A stretch of 64,000 bases of DNA from an uncultured Isosphaeraceae bacterium (GTDB lineage Bacteria; Planctomycetota; GCA-002687715), in NCBI GenBank assembly GCA_964507445.1, contig CAZDQF010000012.1, positions 65,989-129,988 of the forward strand. Direction: 5' to 3'. Position 1 is the first letter of the stretch. Each line of letters begins with the position of its first letter. Positions 11,096 through 20,100 of the stretch are shown here, piece by piece. The position numbers and the translations under genes were made by a program. Under the pieces are notes generated by a model. That model was not told the origin of the DNA. It saw nothing but the letters and a program-made list of their open reading frames with translations, and did no database searches.

Positions 11096-11947
11096 TCAAC
11101 TGAACACCACGGTCTTGTTGCCCCAGACGATGACCCTGTCGTCGAGGTGCCACCGGACGGCGCGGGCGAGGACGTTCCGTTCGATGTCGCGGCCGAGTGA
11201 CACCAGGTCTCCGGGCGCGTGGCGATGGGATACGCGGGCCACGTCCTGTTCGATGATGGGTCCTTCGTCCAGGGCGCTCGTCACGTAGTGAGCGGTGGCT
11301 CCGATGACCTTCACGCCTCGATCCCAGGCCTGATGGTACGGGCGGGCGCCGGCGAATGCGGGGAGGAAGGAGTGGTGGATGTTGATGATCCTGGACGGGA
11401 ACCGTTCCACGAATCCGGGGGAGAGGATCTGCATGTAGCGGGCCAGCACCACCAGGTCCACGCCGTCCAGCAATCCGAGCTGCTGTGTCTCCGCCGCTTC
11501 CTTGGTAGTGGGGGTCATCGGGACGTAATGGAACGGGACCCCGAAGGTCGAGACCGCTCCCTCGGCGTCCTCGTGATTGGAGATGACGCACGTGATGTCC
11601 GCGTTCAACTCGCCATTCCGCCAGCGCCACAGCAGCTCCAGCAGGGCGTGATCCATCTTCGAGACCATCAGCGCCATGCGCTTGCGTCTCGATGGATAGG
11701 AGATCCGCCAGTCCATCTCCAGGGGATGAGCGACCTGGGCTGAGAAGGCGGACTCGAACGCGGCGGCGGATGCTCCACGGTCCGGGAGGGTGAACTCCAG
11801 TCGCATGAAGAACGTGCCGTGGTCTGGTTCCGTGGTGTGCTGGTCCAGTCCGGTGATGTTGGCCCGTTGCTCCAGGAGGAAGCTGGTGCAGCGGGCGATG
11901 ATGCCCGGCTGATCCGGGCACGTGATGAGCATGCGGGCGGTGTTCAC
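11096..11947 (-). CDS. purU: Formyltetrahydrofolate deformylase
   Basis: N-terminal ACT domain (MLITCPDQPGIIARCTSFLLEQRANITGLDQH) followed by a formyltransferase domain (INIHHSFLPAFAGARPYHQAWDRGVKVIGATAHYV). Confidence 0.88.
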   Translation of the reverse strand: MNTARMLITCPDQPGIIARCTSFLLEQRANITGLDQHTTEPDHGTFFMRLEFTLPDRGASAAAFESAFSAQVAHPLEMDWRISYPSRRKRMALMVSKMDHALLELLWRWRNGELNADITCVISNHEDAEGAVSTFGVPFHYVPMTPTTKEAAETQQLGLLDGVDLVVLARYMQILSPGFVERFPSRIINIHHSFLPAFAGARPYHQAWDRGVKVIGATAHYVTSALDEGPIIEQDVARVSHRHAPGDLVSLGRDIERNVLARAVRWHLDDRVIVWGNKTVVFS

Positions 11948-12002
11948 GCCTCCTCTTGTATCGGACCGACGGTCAAGAAGGGAGGGTGGAACCCGTGACG
12001 GG

Positions 12003-12557
12003 TCAGTCTTCGCGTCGCCGCTTGCCGCCCAGGAGGAGGGCGCCCATCACCATCAGACCGGAGGAGATGAACGGGTTCCAGGCCACGGCTTCCGTGGTGA
12101 CGGAGAGGGTCTCGGCGTATTCCAACTGGGCTGAGGGAGCGCTGTAGGCGGGGAAGAGGGCGACCACGCCAGCCAACAGGACCATGAGCGCGAGGCCGCG
12201 GAATCGGGTCCCCGGAAGCAGGACGGCGAGGAGCAGGGCGGCGAGCCCGATGGCGCCGGCGCTGGGCGGGAGCACCCACGGTGCCTGGTCGTCCCGGACG
12301 CCGTCGTTGACCATCTCCCAAGCGCGGGGCAGGAACGAGTGGTCACCTTCCGGGGGCGGAGCCTTCTGCAGCAGCTCGAGGCGGCGCCTCCCGGCCTCCA
12401 CGGCCGCCAGGCCGTAGGGGTGGTCCCGCATGACCTTGCGCAGGGCCGGGACGTCGGTGGCGGCGGCGAGAGCCCCCTCTGCCGCGGTGTTGGTGAACAG
12501 ACCGTGACACAGCAAGGTGGTGGCGCAGGCAACCAGGGCCAGACTGATGATCAACCG
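12003..12557 (-). CDS. Hypothetical secreted/membrane protein
   Basis: Internal Met MRLIISLALVACATTLLCHG is a signal peptide. The track ORF start at 12836 would overlap the upstream gene. C-terminal hydrophobic helix plus basic tail (GGKRRRED). Confidence 0.4.
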   Translation of the reverse strand, partial: RLIISLALVACATTLLCHGLFTNTAAEGALAAATDVPALRKVMRDHPYGLAAVEAGRRRLELLQKAPPPEGDHSFLPRAWEMVNDGVRDDQAPWVLPPSAGAIGLAALLLAVLLPGTRFRGLALMVLLAGVVALFPAYSAPSAQLEYAETLSVTTEAVAWNPFISSGLMVMGALLLGGKRRRED

Positions 12558-12592
12558 CATGGGGATGGTATACGGGGTCGCGTCCGCATCTT

Positions 12593-13996
12593 CTACGAGC
12601 ACCTCTCCGGATCGCCGATCACCGGGTGCCCCGCTTCGATCCACGCGTCCAGGCCGCCCTTCAGATCCGCGAACCCCGTGCGGCCGTGGCGGGCCAGGAG
12701 GCTGGCGGCGACGGCGGATCGGTAACCGGACTGGCAATGCAGGTGCAGGGGCCCTTCCGCGGGCAGCCTGTGGAGGTCCTCGACGAACCGGGTGAGCGGG
12801 ATGTTGACGCTGCCGGCTATGCGGCTGGCTTCCCACTCGTTGGGTTGGCGCACGTCCACCAGCACTCCGGGAGGGGCCTCACGAAGCGCCTGGTGCATGG
12901 CATCCGGCGTGATGCGGTCCAGGGCGATGGACTGGGACTCGGCGACGGCCGCATCGAAGCCATCGATGCAGCCCACCACGCGGTCAAACCCGATCCGCCC
13001 CAGCCGACGGGCTGCCTCTTCGCCTCTGCCCTCGGGTGCCCCGATGACCAGCTCGGTATCGTGGGACAGGATCGTCCCCACCCACGTGACGAAGCGTCCG
13101 TCCAGACCGACGTTGATGCTGCCCGGGATGTGTCCGGCGCAGTAGGCCTCCGAATCCCGGGTGTCCAGGATGACGGCGCCCTGTCGTTGGCGATCGAGGG
13201 CCTGCTCCACGGAGATGGACGGGATGGCCGAGATGACCGTGCCCATGATCGCGTGGTCGCGTTTGTTGAACTCGGCGTCGTAGGAGAAGTAAGGCGGAAC
13301 GGTCTGTTGCCCCTCGCAGACCAGTGCCACGAACGCCTCGCACGACATGGGCTGCAGCGCCGGGTTGCTTCGTCGTTGTTCGCCGATGGTGGACACCGTC
13401 TCCGCGCCCAGGCTCTTGCCACACATGGAGCCGGCGCCGTGACCCGGGTAGATGAGGGTGTCGTCCGGCAGGGTCAGCAGGCGATCTCTGGTGGAGCGGT
13501 ACAGCTGCGTCGCCATCTCTTCCTGGGTCAACCCGGCGGATGCCATGAGGTCGGGTCTCCCGACGTCGCCGATGAACAGGCAGTCACCCGTGAGCACCGC
13601 GTGAGGAGCGTCACCGGTCTTCGTCAGGTCGAAGACGAGCAGGCTGATGGACTCCGGTGTGTGCCCCGGTGTGGCCATGACCTCGACGCGGACGTCGCCG
13701 AAGGTCCAGGAGTCCCCGTCGGCGGACGGGGTGAAGGCATACTCCGTCTCCGCTCCCCGGCCGATGTGAATCTCGGCGCCGCAGCGGTCCCTCAACTCCA
13801 GGTGCCCGGACGCGAAGTCGGCGTGGAAGTGGGTGAGGAACACGTGCTGGATTTGGAGCCCTTCAGCGCTCGCGGCGTCGATGTAGACGTCCACGTCCCG
13901 GCGGGGGTCGACCACGGCGGCGACGCCGCTGGCCCGGTCGCCGACGAGGTAGGACGCCTGGGCGAGGCACTCCAGGTAGTACTGGTGCAGCAGCAT
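12593..13996 (-). CDS. MBL-fold metallo-hydrolase fused to two rhodanese domains (persulfide dioxygenase-sulfurtransferase type)
   Basis: HxHxDH metallo-beta-lactamase motif (LTHFHADFASGH) at the N-terminus. Two C-terminal rhodanese-like modules with active-site Cys regions (CAGHIPGS; CQSGYRSAVAA). Confidence 0.8.
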   Translation of the reverse strand: MLLHQYYLECLAQASYLVGDRASGVAAVVDPRRDVDVYIDAASAEGLQIQHVFLTHFHADFASGHLELRDRCGAEIHIGRGAETEYAFTPSADGDSWTFGDVRVEVMATPGHTPESISLLVFDLTKTGDAPHAVLTGDCLFIGDVGRPDLMASAGLTQEEMATQLYRSTRDRLLTLPDDTLIYPGHGAGSMCGKSLGAETVSTIGEQRRSNPALQPMSCEAFVALVCEGQQTVPPYFSYDAEFNKRDHAIMGTVISAIPSISVEQALDRQRQGAVILDTRDSEAYCAGHIPGSINVGLDGRFVTWVGTILSHDTELVIGAPEGRGEEAARRLGRIGFDRVVGCIDGFDAAVAESQSIALDRITPDAMHQALREAPPGVLVDVRQPNEWEASRIAGSVNIPLTRFVEDLHRLPAEGPLHLHCQSGYRSAVAASLLARHGRTGFADLKGGLDAWIEAGHPVIGDPERCS

Positions 13997-14017
13997 GGGA
14001 GGACCTTAACCGGTGGG

Positions 14018-15580
14018 TCAGCGGAGGCGTAGCACCAGGCCGCCGTCCGATGTCCCGTGGAGCAGGGTCATGTCAGCGGGGAGGGAATCGGCGTCGAACC
14101 AGCCGCCGGGCCGGCGGTTGGCGGACCTTGGCATGATGACCAGCAGGGTGGCTCCCTTGCTCCTGGCGAAGGCCAGCAGGCCCTCGGAGGTCGCGCTGAC
14201 AGGAGTGGGGACCCACCGGGCCCCGGCATGGAACGGCACCCGCGAGTCCGACGCCATCACCAGGTCGCCGTCCGCCACGTGCTCTCCGACGACCTGCGCA
14301 AGCTCCTCGACCACCAGGTGTCCGCTCTCCGCGAACTCCCCGTGTCCGTGGAGAACGCCGCGGAGGCTGGAGAGGATCAGGATGGCGCAGCCGACGGCCG
14401 CCCACGGCCGCCCCGCGAGCCCGCGCCCGGCCCACAAGGCGGCGGGCAGGGCGAGGGGTGCGAGGTAGCGGATGAGCGTCTTGTAGACCGATGCGGTCGC
14501 GAAGATGTAGAGCCCCATGACGAGCAGCAGGGCGTCGAGGGACCGCGTGGAGCGGGAGCGGCCCCGGTCGCGCAGGGCCAGCCAGACCGGCAACAGCCAG
14601 AGCAGGGAGACCACCCCCTTTCCCGAGACCAGGGTCCAGGCGTTGCGGATTCCGTTGTGGAACACGTGGCTGGCGATCGCCGACGGATTCTCTGCGAAGA
14701 GGGTGAACGCCCCCGGACCTCGCCACGGGGTGTTGGGCTCCAGCCACGTCCCTTCCTGCCGGCCCTCCGCGTCTACGGCGTAGTTGGCCTGCTCCAGGGT
14801 CATGCCGCGGCTGAAGCGGTCGATGGTGGCGAACACCCGCGCCGACTTGCCGGCGAAGGTGGCTTCATCGGTCACCCCATGGACCCAGATGGGGTAGGGG
14901 AGGGCCACCAGCCCGAAGGCCATGAGGCACGCGCTCGGGGCGAACCAGCGAGATCGGTGGGGCGCCCGGTCTCCCGTCCGAAGAGCGAGGAGGATGGCCG
15001 CCGCGGGTCCCAGGAGCACCATCTCCACACGAGCCAGGTAGGCCAGCCCGAAGGCAACTCCGGTGCTCGCAGCCCAGGCGAGCCGTCGGGTCGCCGCTGC
15101 CCTCTCGAAGCAGAGCGCCCCCAGCGCCATGGCCATGATGGTGAGGGACTCGCTGAACACGGCGGCCCCGGTGAGGACGAAGGCGGGGCCCAGGGCGACC
15201 AGAACGCCGGTCCACCAGGCGGCTCTCCGACCTGCCACGCGCGCGGCCAGCACCCAGCAAGCCAGGACGGTCACGAGGCTGGCCAGGCAGGACACGGCCC
15301 GCCCCGCCGTCTCCGCACCCACCCCCGTCACCTTCATGGTGGCGGCCATGCCGAGGGAGTAGAGGGGCGGCAGCATCAGCTCCGGTCCGTCCATGAGGCC
15401 GACGTAAGCGCCGTCGCGGACGAGGCTCTCGGCGATTCTCCCGTACTCCGAGCCCTCGATCTCCACCACGTGGGTGAACAGGAGGATGCGCACGATCCTG
15501 ACCGCCAGAGCCAGCATGAGGAGGGTGTAGAGGTCCCGACGCGGCGGCGGGAATGGAGGGGCGTCAGGGGCGGTGGTCAC
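14018..15580 (-). CDS. Glycosyltransferase family 39 (ArnT/PMT-like, dolichyl-phosphate-mannose-protein mannosyltransferase family) membrane protein
   Basis: About 12 predicted TM helices, an N-terminal loop typical of the GT-C/PMT family, and a C-terminal soluble domain. The long antisense ORF 14057-15652 is rejected. Confidence 0.7.
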   Translation of the reverse strand: MTTAPDAPPFPPPRRDLYTLLMLALAVRIVRILLFTHVVEIEGSEYGRIAESLVRDGAYVGLMDGPELMLPPLYSLGMAATMKVTGVGAETAGRAVSCLASLVTVLACWVLAARVAGRRAAWWTGVLVALGPAFVLTGAAVFSESLTIMAMALGALCFERAAATRRLAWAASTGVAFGLAYLARVEMVLLGPAAAILLALRTGDRAPHRSRWFAPSACLMAFGLVALPYPIWVHGVTDEATFAGKSARVFATIDRFSRGMTLEQANYAVDAEGRQEGTWLEPNTPWRGPGAFTLFAENPSAIASHVFHNGIRNAWTLVSGKGVVSLLWLLPVWLALRDRGRSRSTRSLDALLLVMGLYIFATASVYKTLIRYLAPLALPAALWAGRGLAGRPWAAVGCAILILSSLRGVLHGHGEFAESGHLVVEELAQVVGEHVADGDLVMASDSRVPFHAGARWVPTPVSATSEGLLAFARSKGATLLVIMPRSANRRPGGWFDADSLPADMTLLHGTSDGGLVLRLR

Positions 15581-15603
15581 GGTCAGAACGGTACACTGCG
15601 GCC

Positions 15604-17088
15604 ATGCTCACGTCCCGAACTCCATGGTGTGTCGCATCGGTGCTGCTCCTGATCCTGTCATCGGAGCGTGGGCTGGGGCAGGGGCGGCGTCTCCTGGTCC
15701 CCCGTGATCACGAGACCGTGGCCGCGGCGCTCGAACAGGCGCGCGCCGGGGACGTGGTGGAGGTGGGGGCGGGGGTCTTCGAGGAGAACGTCACGGTCGG
15801 ACCCGGCGTCACCCTGCGTGGGAAGGGACCGGACAAGACCATCATCCGCGGAGACCCGGGGGCATCGGTGCTGACCGCCGTCGCCGGGGACAAGGTCCGG
15901 ATCGAGAAGATCGCGCTCGAGCACCCCAAGCCCGAACGCCCCGCCAAGCGTGCTCCGGCGGTGGTGTTCCTTCGCGGCCGTGACATGCACCTGCAGGACG
16001 CCCGGATCGGCACGGGCCATGGTCCCGGGGTCCTCATCACCGACGGCAGCCTGGAGGCCGTGGGGCTGGAGGTCCGGGACTGCGTCGGGAGCGGGCTGCA
16101 CGTCATCAACGCCGACGCGACTCTGTCCCGATGCGTCTTCATCTTCAATGGCGGCGCCGGCGTTGAGGTGAACGGACCCTCCGAGCTGTCCATGCGGAAG
16201 AGCTCGGCGGAAGCCAACAAGGGCTGCGGCGTCGACGTGAACGGTGAAGGTGCGCGGGCGACCTTGGTGGAGGTCATCAGCAAGCTGAACGTCCGGAAGG
16301 GGGTCCGGGTGATAGGCGCCTCGGGGAGCGCCAAGGACTGCCAGTCCCTCAGCAACGAGGAGGACGGATTGATCTGTCGCGGCTCCCCCGCCTTCGAGCT
16401 CGACGGGGGCGTCATGAAGGGCAATCGCACTCTCGGTGTGTGGATCGGAGGTGAAGCCAAGGTCGTGATCAAGGGCACCAGGATCCTCGGCAACGAGTCC
16501 GGCGGCCTGACGGCGGTCCACGCCAAGACCGATGTCCGCATGACCGACGTCACGGTGTCCGACAACAAGGCCCATGGCATCCGCATCACCCAGGGGGCCC
16601 GGGGGGAGGTCCGTGATTCCACCTGCTCCGGCAACGCCCACTCCGGCTTGAGCGCGGCGGACGAAGGCACCCACGTCGTGTTTGAGAAGAACACGTGCAC
16701 CGGCAACTTCATGCACGGGCTCGCGGTGGTGGAGAAGGCCAAGGGGCGCCTCAAGAACAACACCGCCTCCAACAACAAGATCCAGGGCTTCGGCGTGTTC
16801 GGCAAGGCGGAGGCCCACCTGGAGCGGAACAAGGCGGAAGGCAACGGCCACAATGGCCTCCAGGTCTGGAAGGCTGGCAAGGCCGTGCTCGAGCGCAACA
16901 CCTTCGACAAGAACGGTCAGAACGGCATCGAGGTCAACGGCAAGGGCAGCACCATCCAGCTCAAACGCAACCGGTGTCGGGGCAACGCGTCTTATGGCGT
17001 CCTCTTCGTCTCCGGCGCGGAGGGGTTCAAGGTGGGCCGCGACAACGAGCTCAAGAAGAACCGCAAGGGGCGCGTGCGCGTGAAGTGA
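15604..17088 (+). CDS. Secreted right-handed parallel beta-helix repeat protein (pectate-lyase/NosD-like fold)
   Basis: Signal peptide MLTSRTPWCVASVLLLILSSERGLGQ. Many about 22-aa PbH1-type repeats (GxxGxxV.N, ...G..V.G). Converges on the giant gene, with a hairpin between them. Confidence 0.72.
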   Translation: MLTSRTPWCVASVLLLILSSERGLGQGRRLLVPRDHETVAAALEQARAGDVVEVGAGVFEENVTVGPGVTLRGKGPDKTIIRGDPGASVLTAVAGDKVRIEKIALEHPKPERPAKRAPAVVFLRGRDMHLQDARIGTGHGPGVLITDGSLEAVGLEVRDCVGSGLHVINADATLSRCVFIFNGGAGVEVNGPSELSMRKSSAEANKGCGVDVNGEGARATLVEVISKLNVRKGVRVIGASGSAKDCQSLSNEEDGLICRGSPAFELDGGVMKGNRTLGVWIGGEAKVVIKGTRILGNESGGLTAVHAKTDVRMTDVTVSDNKAHGIRITQGARGEVRDSTCSGNAHSGLSAADEGTHVVFEKNTCTGNFMHGLAVVEKAKGRLKNNTASNNKIQGFGVFGKAEAHLERNKAEGNGHNGLQVWKAGKAVLERNTFDKNGQNGIEVNGKGSTIQLKRNRCRGNASYGVLFVSGAEGFKVGRDNELKKNRKGRVRVK

Positions 17089-17130
17089 CGCGGGCAACCC
17101 AGGCGGCGTCCTTCGCCCGGGCCTGATGGG

Positions 17131-17158
17131 GTGCCCCCCTCGATGGGGAGGGGGGCAC
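17131..17158. terminator. GC-rich stem-loop between convergent genes (putative bidirectional terminator)
   Basis: gtgcccccctc / gaggggggcac is a perfect 11-bp inverted repeat with a 6-nt loop, sitting in the 76-bp gap between the beta-helix gene stop (17088) and the giant gene stop (17164). Confidence 0.5.
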
Positions 17159-17163
17159 GGGTG

Positions 17164-20100
17164 CTATAGCCGGTCCGGGAACTTGCCCCAGGTCACGGAG
17201 TACCCGAGGGGCGCCAAGGGGTTGATGAACGCACCCTGCACGGTGATCTGGATTCCGAGTGGGGGGTTGGGAAGGGTGAAGGGTCCCAGGTCGAAGTGTC
17301 CGTTCGGGTCCATGGTGGCGCCGGAGGGCGGGGCGAAGGTGCCGATGCCGTCCACCAGCGGGATGATGCTCGGCGCCGGGTAGGGCAGCACGGAGAGGAC
17401 GAAGTCCCCGGTGGGGTTCGGCCACGGGTAGATGGGCGTCGGGTTGCTCACGTCCACGACGCAGAGGAAGGGCATGTTGGGCATGCCGTTCTCGAAGTGG
17501 GCGATGTAGGTCTCGCCGGGTAGCGGGCCGAGCGGATGCCGGATCCCGATGCCGAGGTTGCTCGCGGGGCCGCCCACAGAGTGAGCCTTCGGATTGGACG
17601 GCACCGTGTGGGCGTTCTCCACCGCGATGGCGACCCCGCCTCGCTGCTGCACTCCGGGGTGCGTGCCCGGGATCTGGCACTGCAATTCCGTCGAGCTGAT
17701 GAACGTGGTGGAGAGCGGGAACTCATCGGCATAGGCCACGGTGCCCGGGTGGAAATTGGCGCCGAAGATGGTCACCGGATGGGGCGGGCTGGCGGGGTTC
17801 ATGATCGGACCGCCTGCAGGCTGCAGAGACGAGATCACGGGGGCGAGGACCGGGAACGGCAAGGCGCCGGAGATGCCGCCGAAGCCCATGCCGGTCACGT
17901 CGATGTTCTCCACGTCGATGTTCGCGGTCCCGGGTTGTCCGATAAGCGCTGCGGACACCAACCCCTGGACCTGCGTGTTCGAGACGTAGGTGGTGGGGAT
18001 CGCCGTTCCGTTCCAGCGCACCATGGTGGCGCCGTCGAAGAACCCGGTTCCGTTGACGTTCATGGTGAACGTGACGTCGCCGGCGATGGCGGAGGTGGGC
18101 GCTGTGGACGTCAGCGTCGGCGCCGGAATGACGGTGTTGAAGGCGATGCTCGACACCCCGCTGCCGACGGTGGGCGCCGGATTCGTCACGATGACGGAGA
18201 ACGTTGACAGGGCGGTGATGGACGACGCGGGGACCGTGGCCGTCAGCGTGTTGGCGTTGACGAACGTGGTCGCCAGGTTCAGGCCGTCGAAGCTGATGAC
18301 CGCACCCTGGACGAAGTTCGTGCCGTCGACGGTGAGCAGGAACGCGGGTCCCCCGGCGAAGGTCGTGGCCGGCGTGGTGGAGGTCACGACCGGGTTGGGA
18401 TTGTTGATGGTGAAGGTGGCCGCGGCACTGGTGCCTCCTCCGGGAGCCGGGTTCTCCACGGTCACCGCTGCGTATCCCGCGGATGTGACGAGGCTGGCCG
18501 GGATACCGCAGGCAAGTTGGCTCGATGACACGTAGGTCGTCGGCTGCGGAGCGCCGTTCCACCGGACTACAGAATTCGTGGTGAATCCGGTTCCCTGCAC
18601 GGTGAGAGTGAAGGACGGGTCATTCACGACCGCCGACGGGGGATTGAGGGAGCCGATGGCTGGAACGGGGTTGGTGATGGTGAACGTCTGTCCGTTGGAC
18701 GTGCCGCCGCCGGGCGCCGGACTCTGCACCGTCACCGTAGCGACGCCGGGGCTCGCGATCAGCGCCGCGGGTACGGTCGCCGCAAGCGTCGACGAGTTCA
18801 TGAAGCTCGTGCTCAGAGGCGTGCCGTTCCAGTGGACGATGGAGCCGAGGGCGAAGCCTGATCCGTGGACGGTGAGGCCGAAGGACGGCCCGCCGGCCGG
18901 GGTGGAGCTCGGAGTCATCGCCGTCGTGGAAGGAGCCGGGTTCGGTACTTGTTCCACCAGCATGGTGAACCCGAAGTAGGTCGCTGCGGAGACCGGTCCG
19001 GTATCGGTGGTGCAGACGATGGCGTGGAGACCGGGCGACAAGCTGACGGTGGACGTGACCCCGTCAACGCCGCTGGCGATGGCCGAGCCCCGTGGCCTGA
19101 AGTCGGCGTTCGTCCCAGGGTCGAACAGGCGCCACTTCAAGGGCGCGGCGTTGGACATGGTGATGTTGTAGTTTCCTGCGACGGGCGCGTCGAACTGGAA
19201 CAACCGGATGACCTCGTAGGCGTTCCAGTTCTGAGGGAGGGATGGCGTACCCACGGTGAGCGGATGACCCGATCTCGACTTGATGCGCGCGCTGCCGGTG
19301 CCGCCGACGCGGCTGGCCACGCCGTGAAGCGGGCTGACCGTGCCGTTGTCCCCGTTAGCGACAACGAACTCCGACACGGCACCCGGGGATTGAGAGAAGG
19401 CGGAGCCCACCCCCAGGTCCCAGTCAGAAGTGGATTGCAGTCCCACCGCGACCCATCCCCCGGCCTGGGCCGTGAAGGTGAACGGACTGCAAGGCTCCGA
19501 GATGGTCCAGGCGCTGGACCCCTGGAGATGCGCCAACGCGGTCGTCCTGTAGTGCACGGCGCCGCTCCAGACTCGGGGTGAGAACGTCGCGCCGAAAGGA
19601 TAGGTTTTCCCGGCCCCCTCGAGGATCTGGAGGTTCGCGTCCGCCGCGAAGACCGCGCCGGGAGAGGTGCCGACGAGGTCGTTCATGGCCGCGCCATTGG
19701 TCACCGTGACGTAGAACCCCTGGGTAGAGCCCGCCGCCAACGAGACCATCAGGCCGATGGGCAAAGGCGTCGGGACGTTGCCGCCGTTGGACACGACGCC
19801 CGTCGCTGCGCCGGCCAGGGTCCATGCGCTTGGATCGTTTTCCTTACCGATGAACGTGCCCCCACCGGTCACCGTGTAAACCTCCAAGTCCCAGGTCCCC
19901 GGGTCCAGGTTGACGTCGAAGCCGCAGATGCTGACGTCGTTGATCGCCACCAGATCGAACATGTTGCCGGCCTGTCCGCTGTTGGCGGCGAAGGTGGTGC
20001 CCAGGCTCGTCGTCGGAGTCGGACCAACGACCGTAAAGGGTAAGGATGAAGAGACGCCGCCGCCGGGCCCGGTCGTCTCCACGTCCACGCTGACGACTCC

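Noticed and set aside
12558-12836. N-terminal extension of the 12003-12836 track ORF
   Set aside because: It overlaps the 3' end of the MBL-rhodanese gene. An internal Met followed by a clean signal peptide (MRLIISLALVACATT) is the plausible start.
14057-15652. 531-aa plus-strand ORF
   Set aside because: Antisense to the GT39 membrane protein. Its translation is Gly/Arg/Pro/Glu-rich low complexity.
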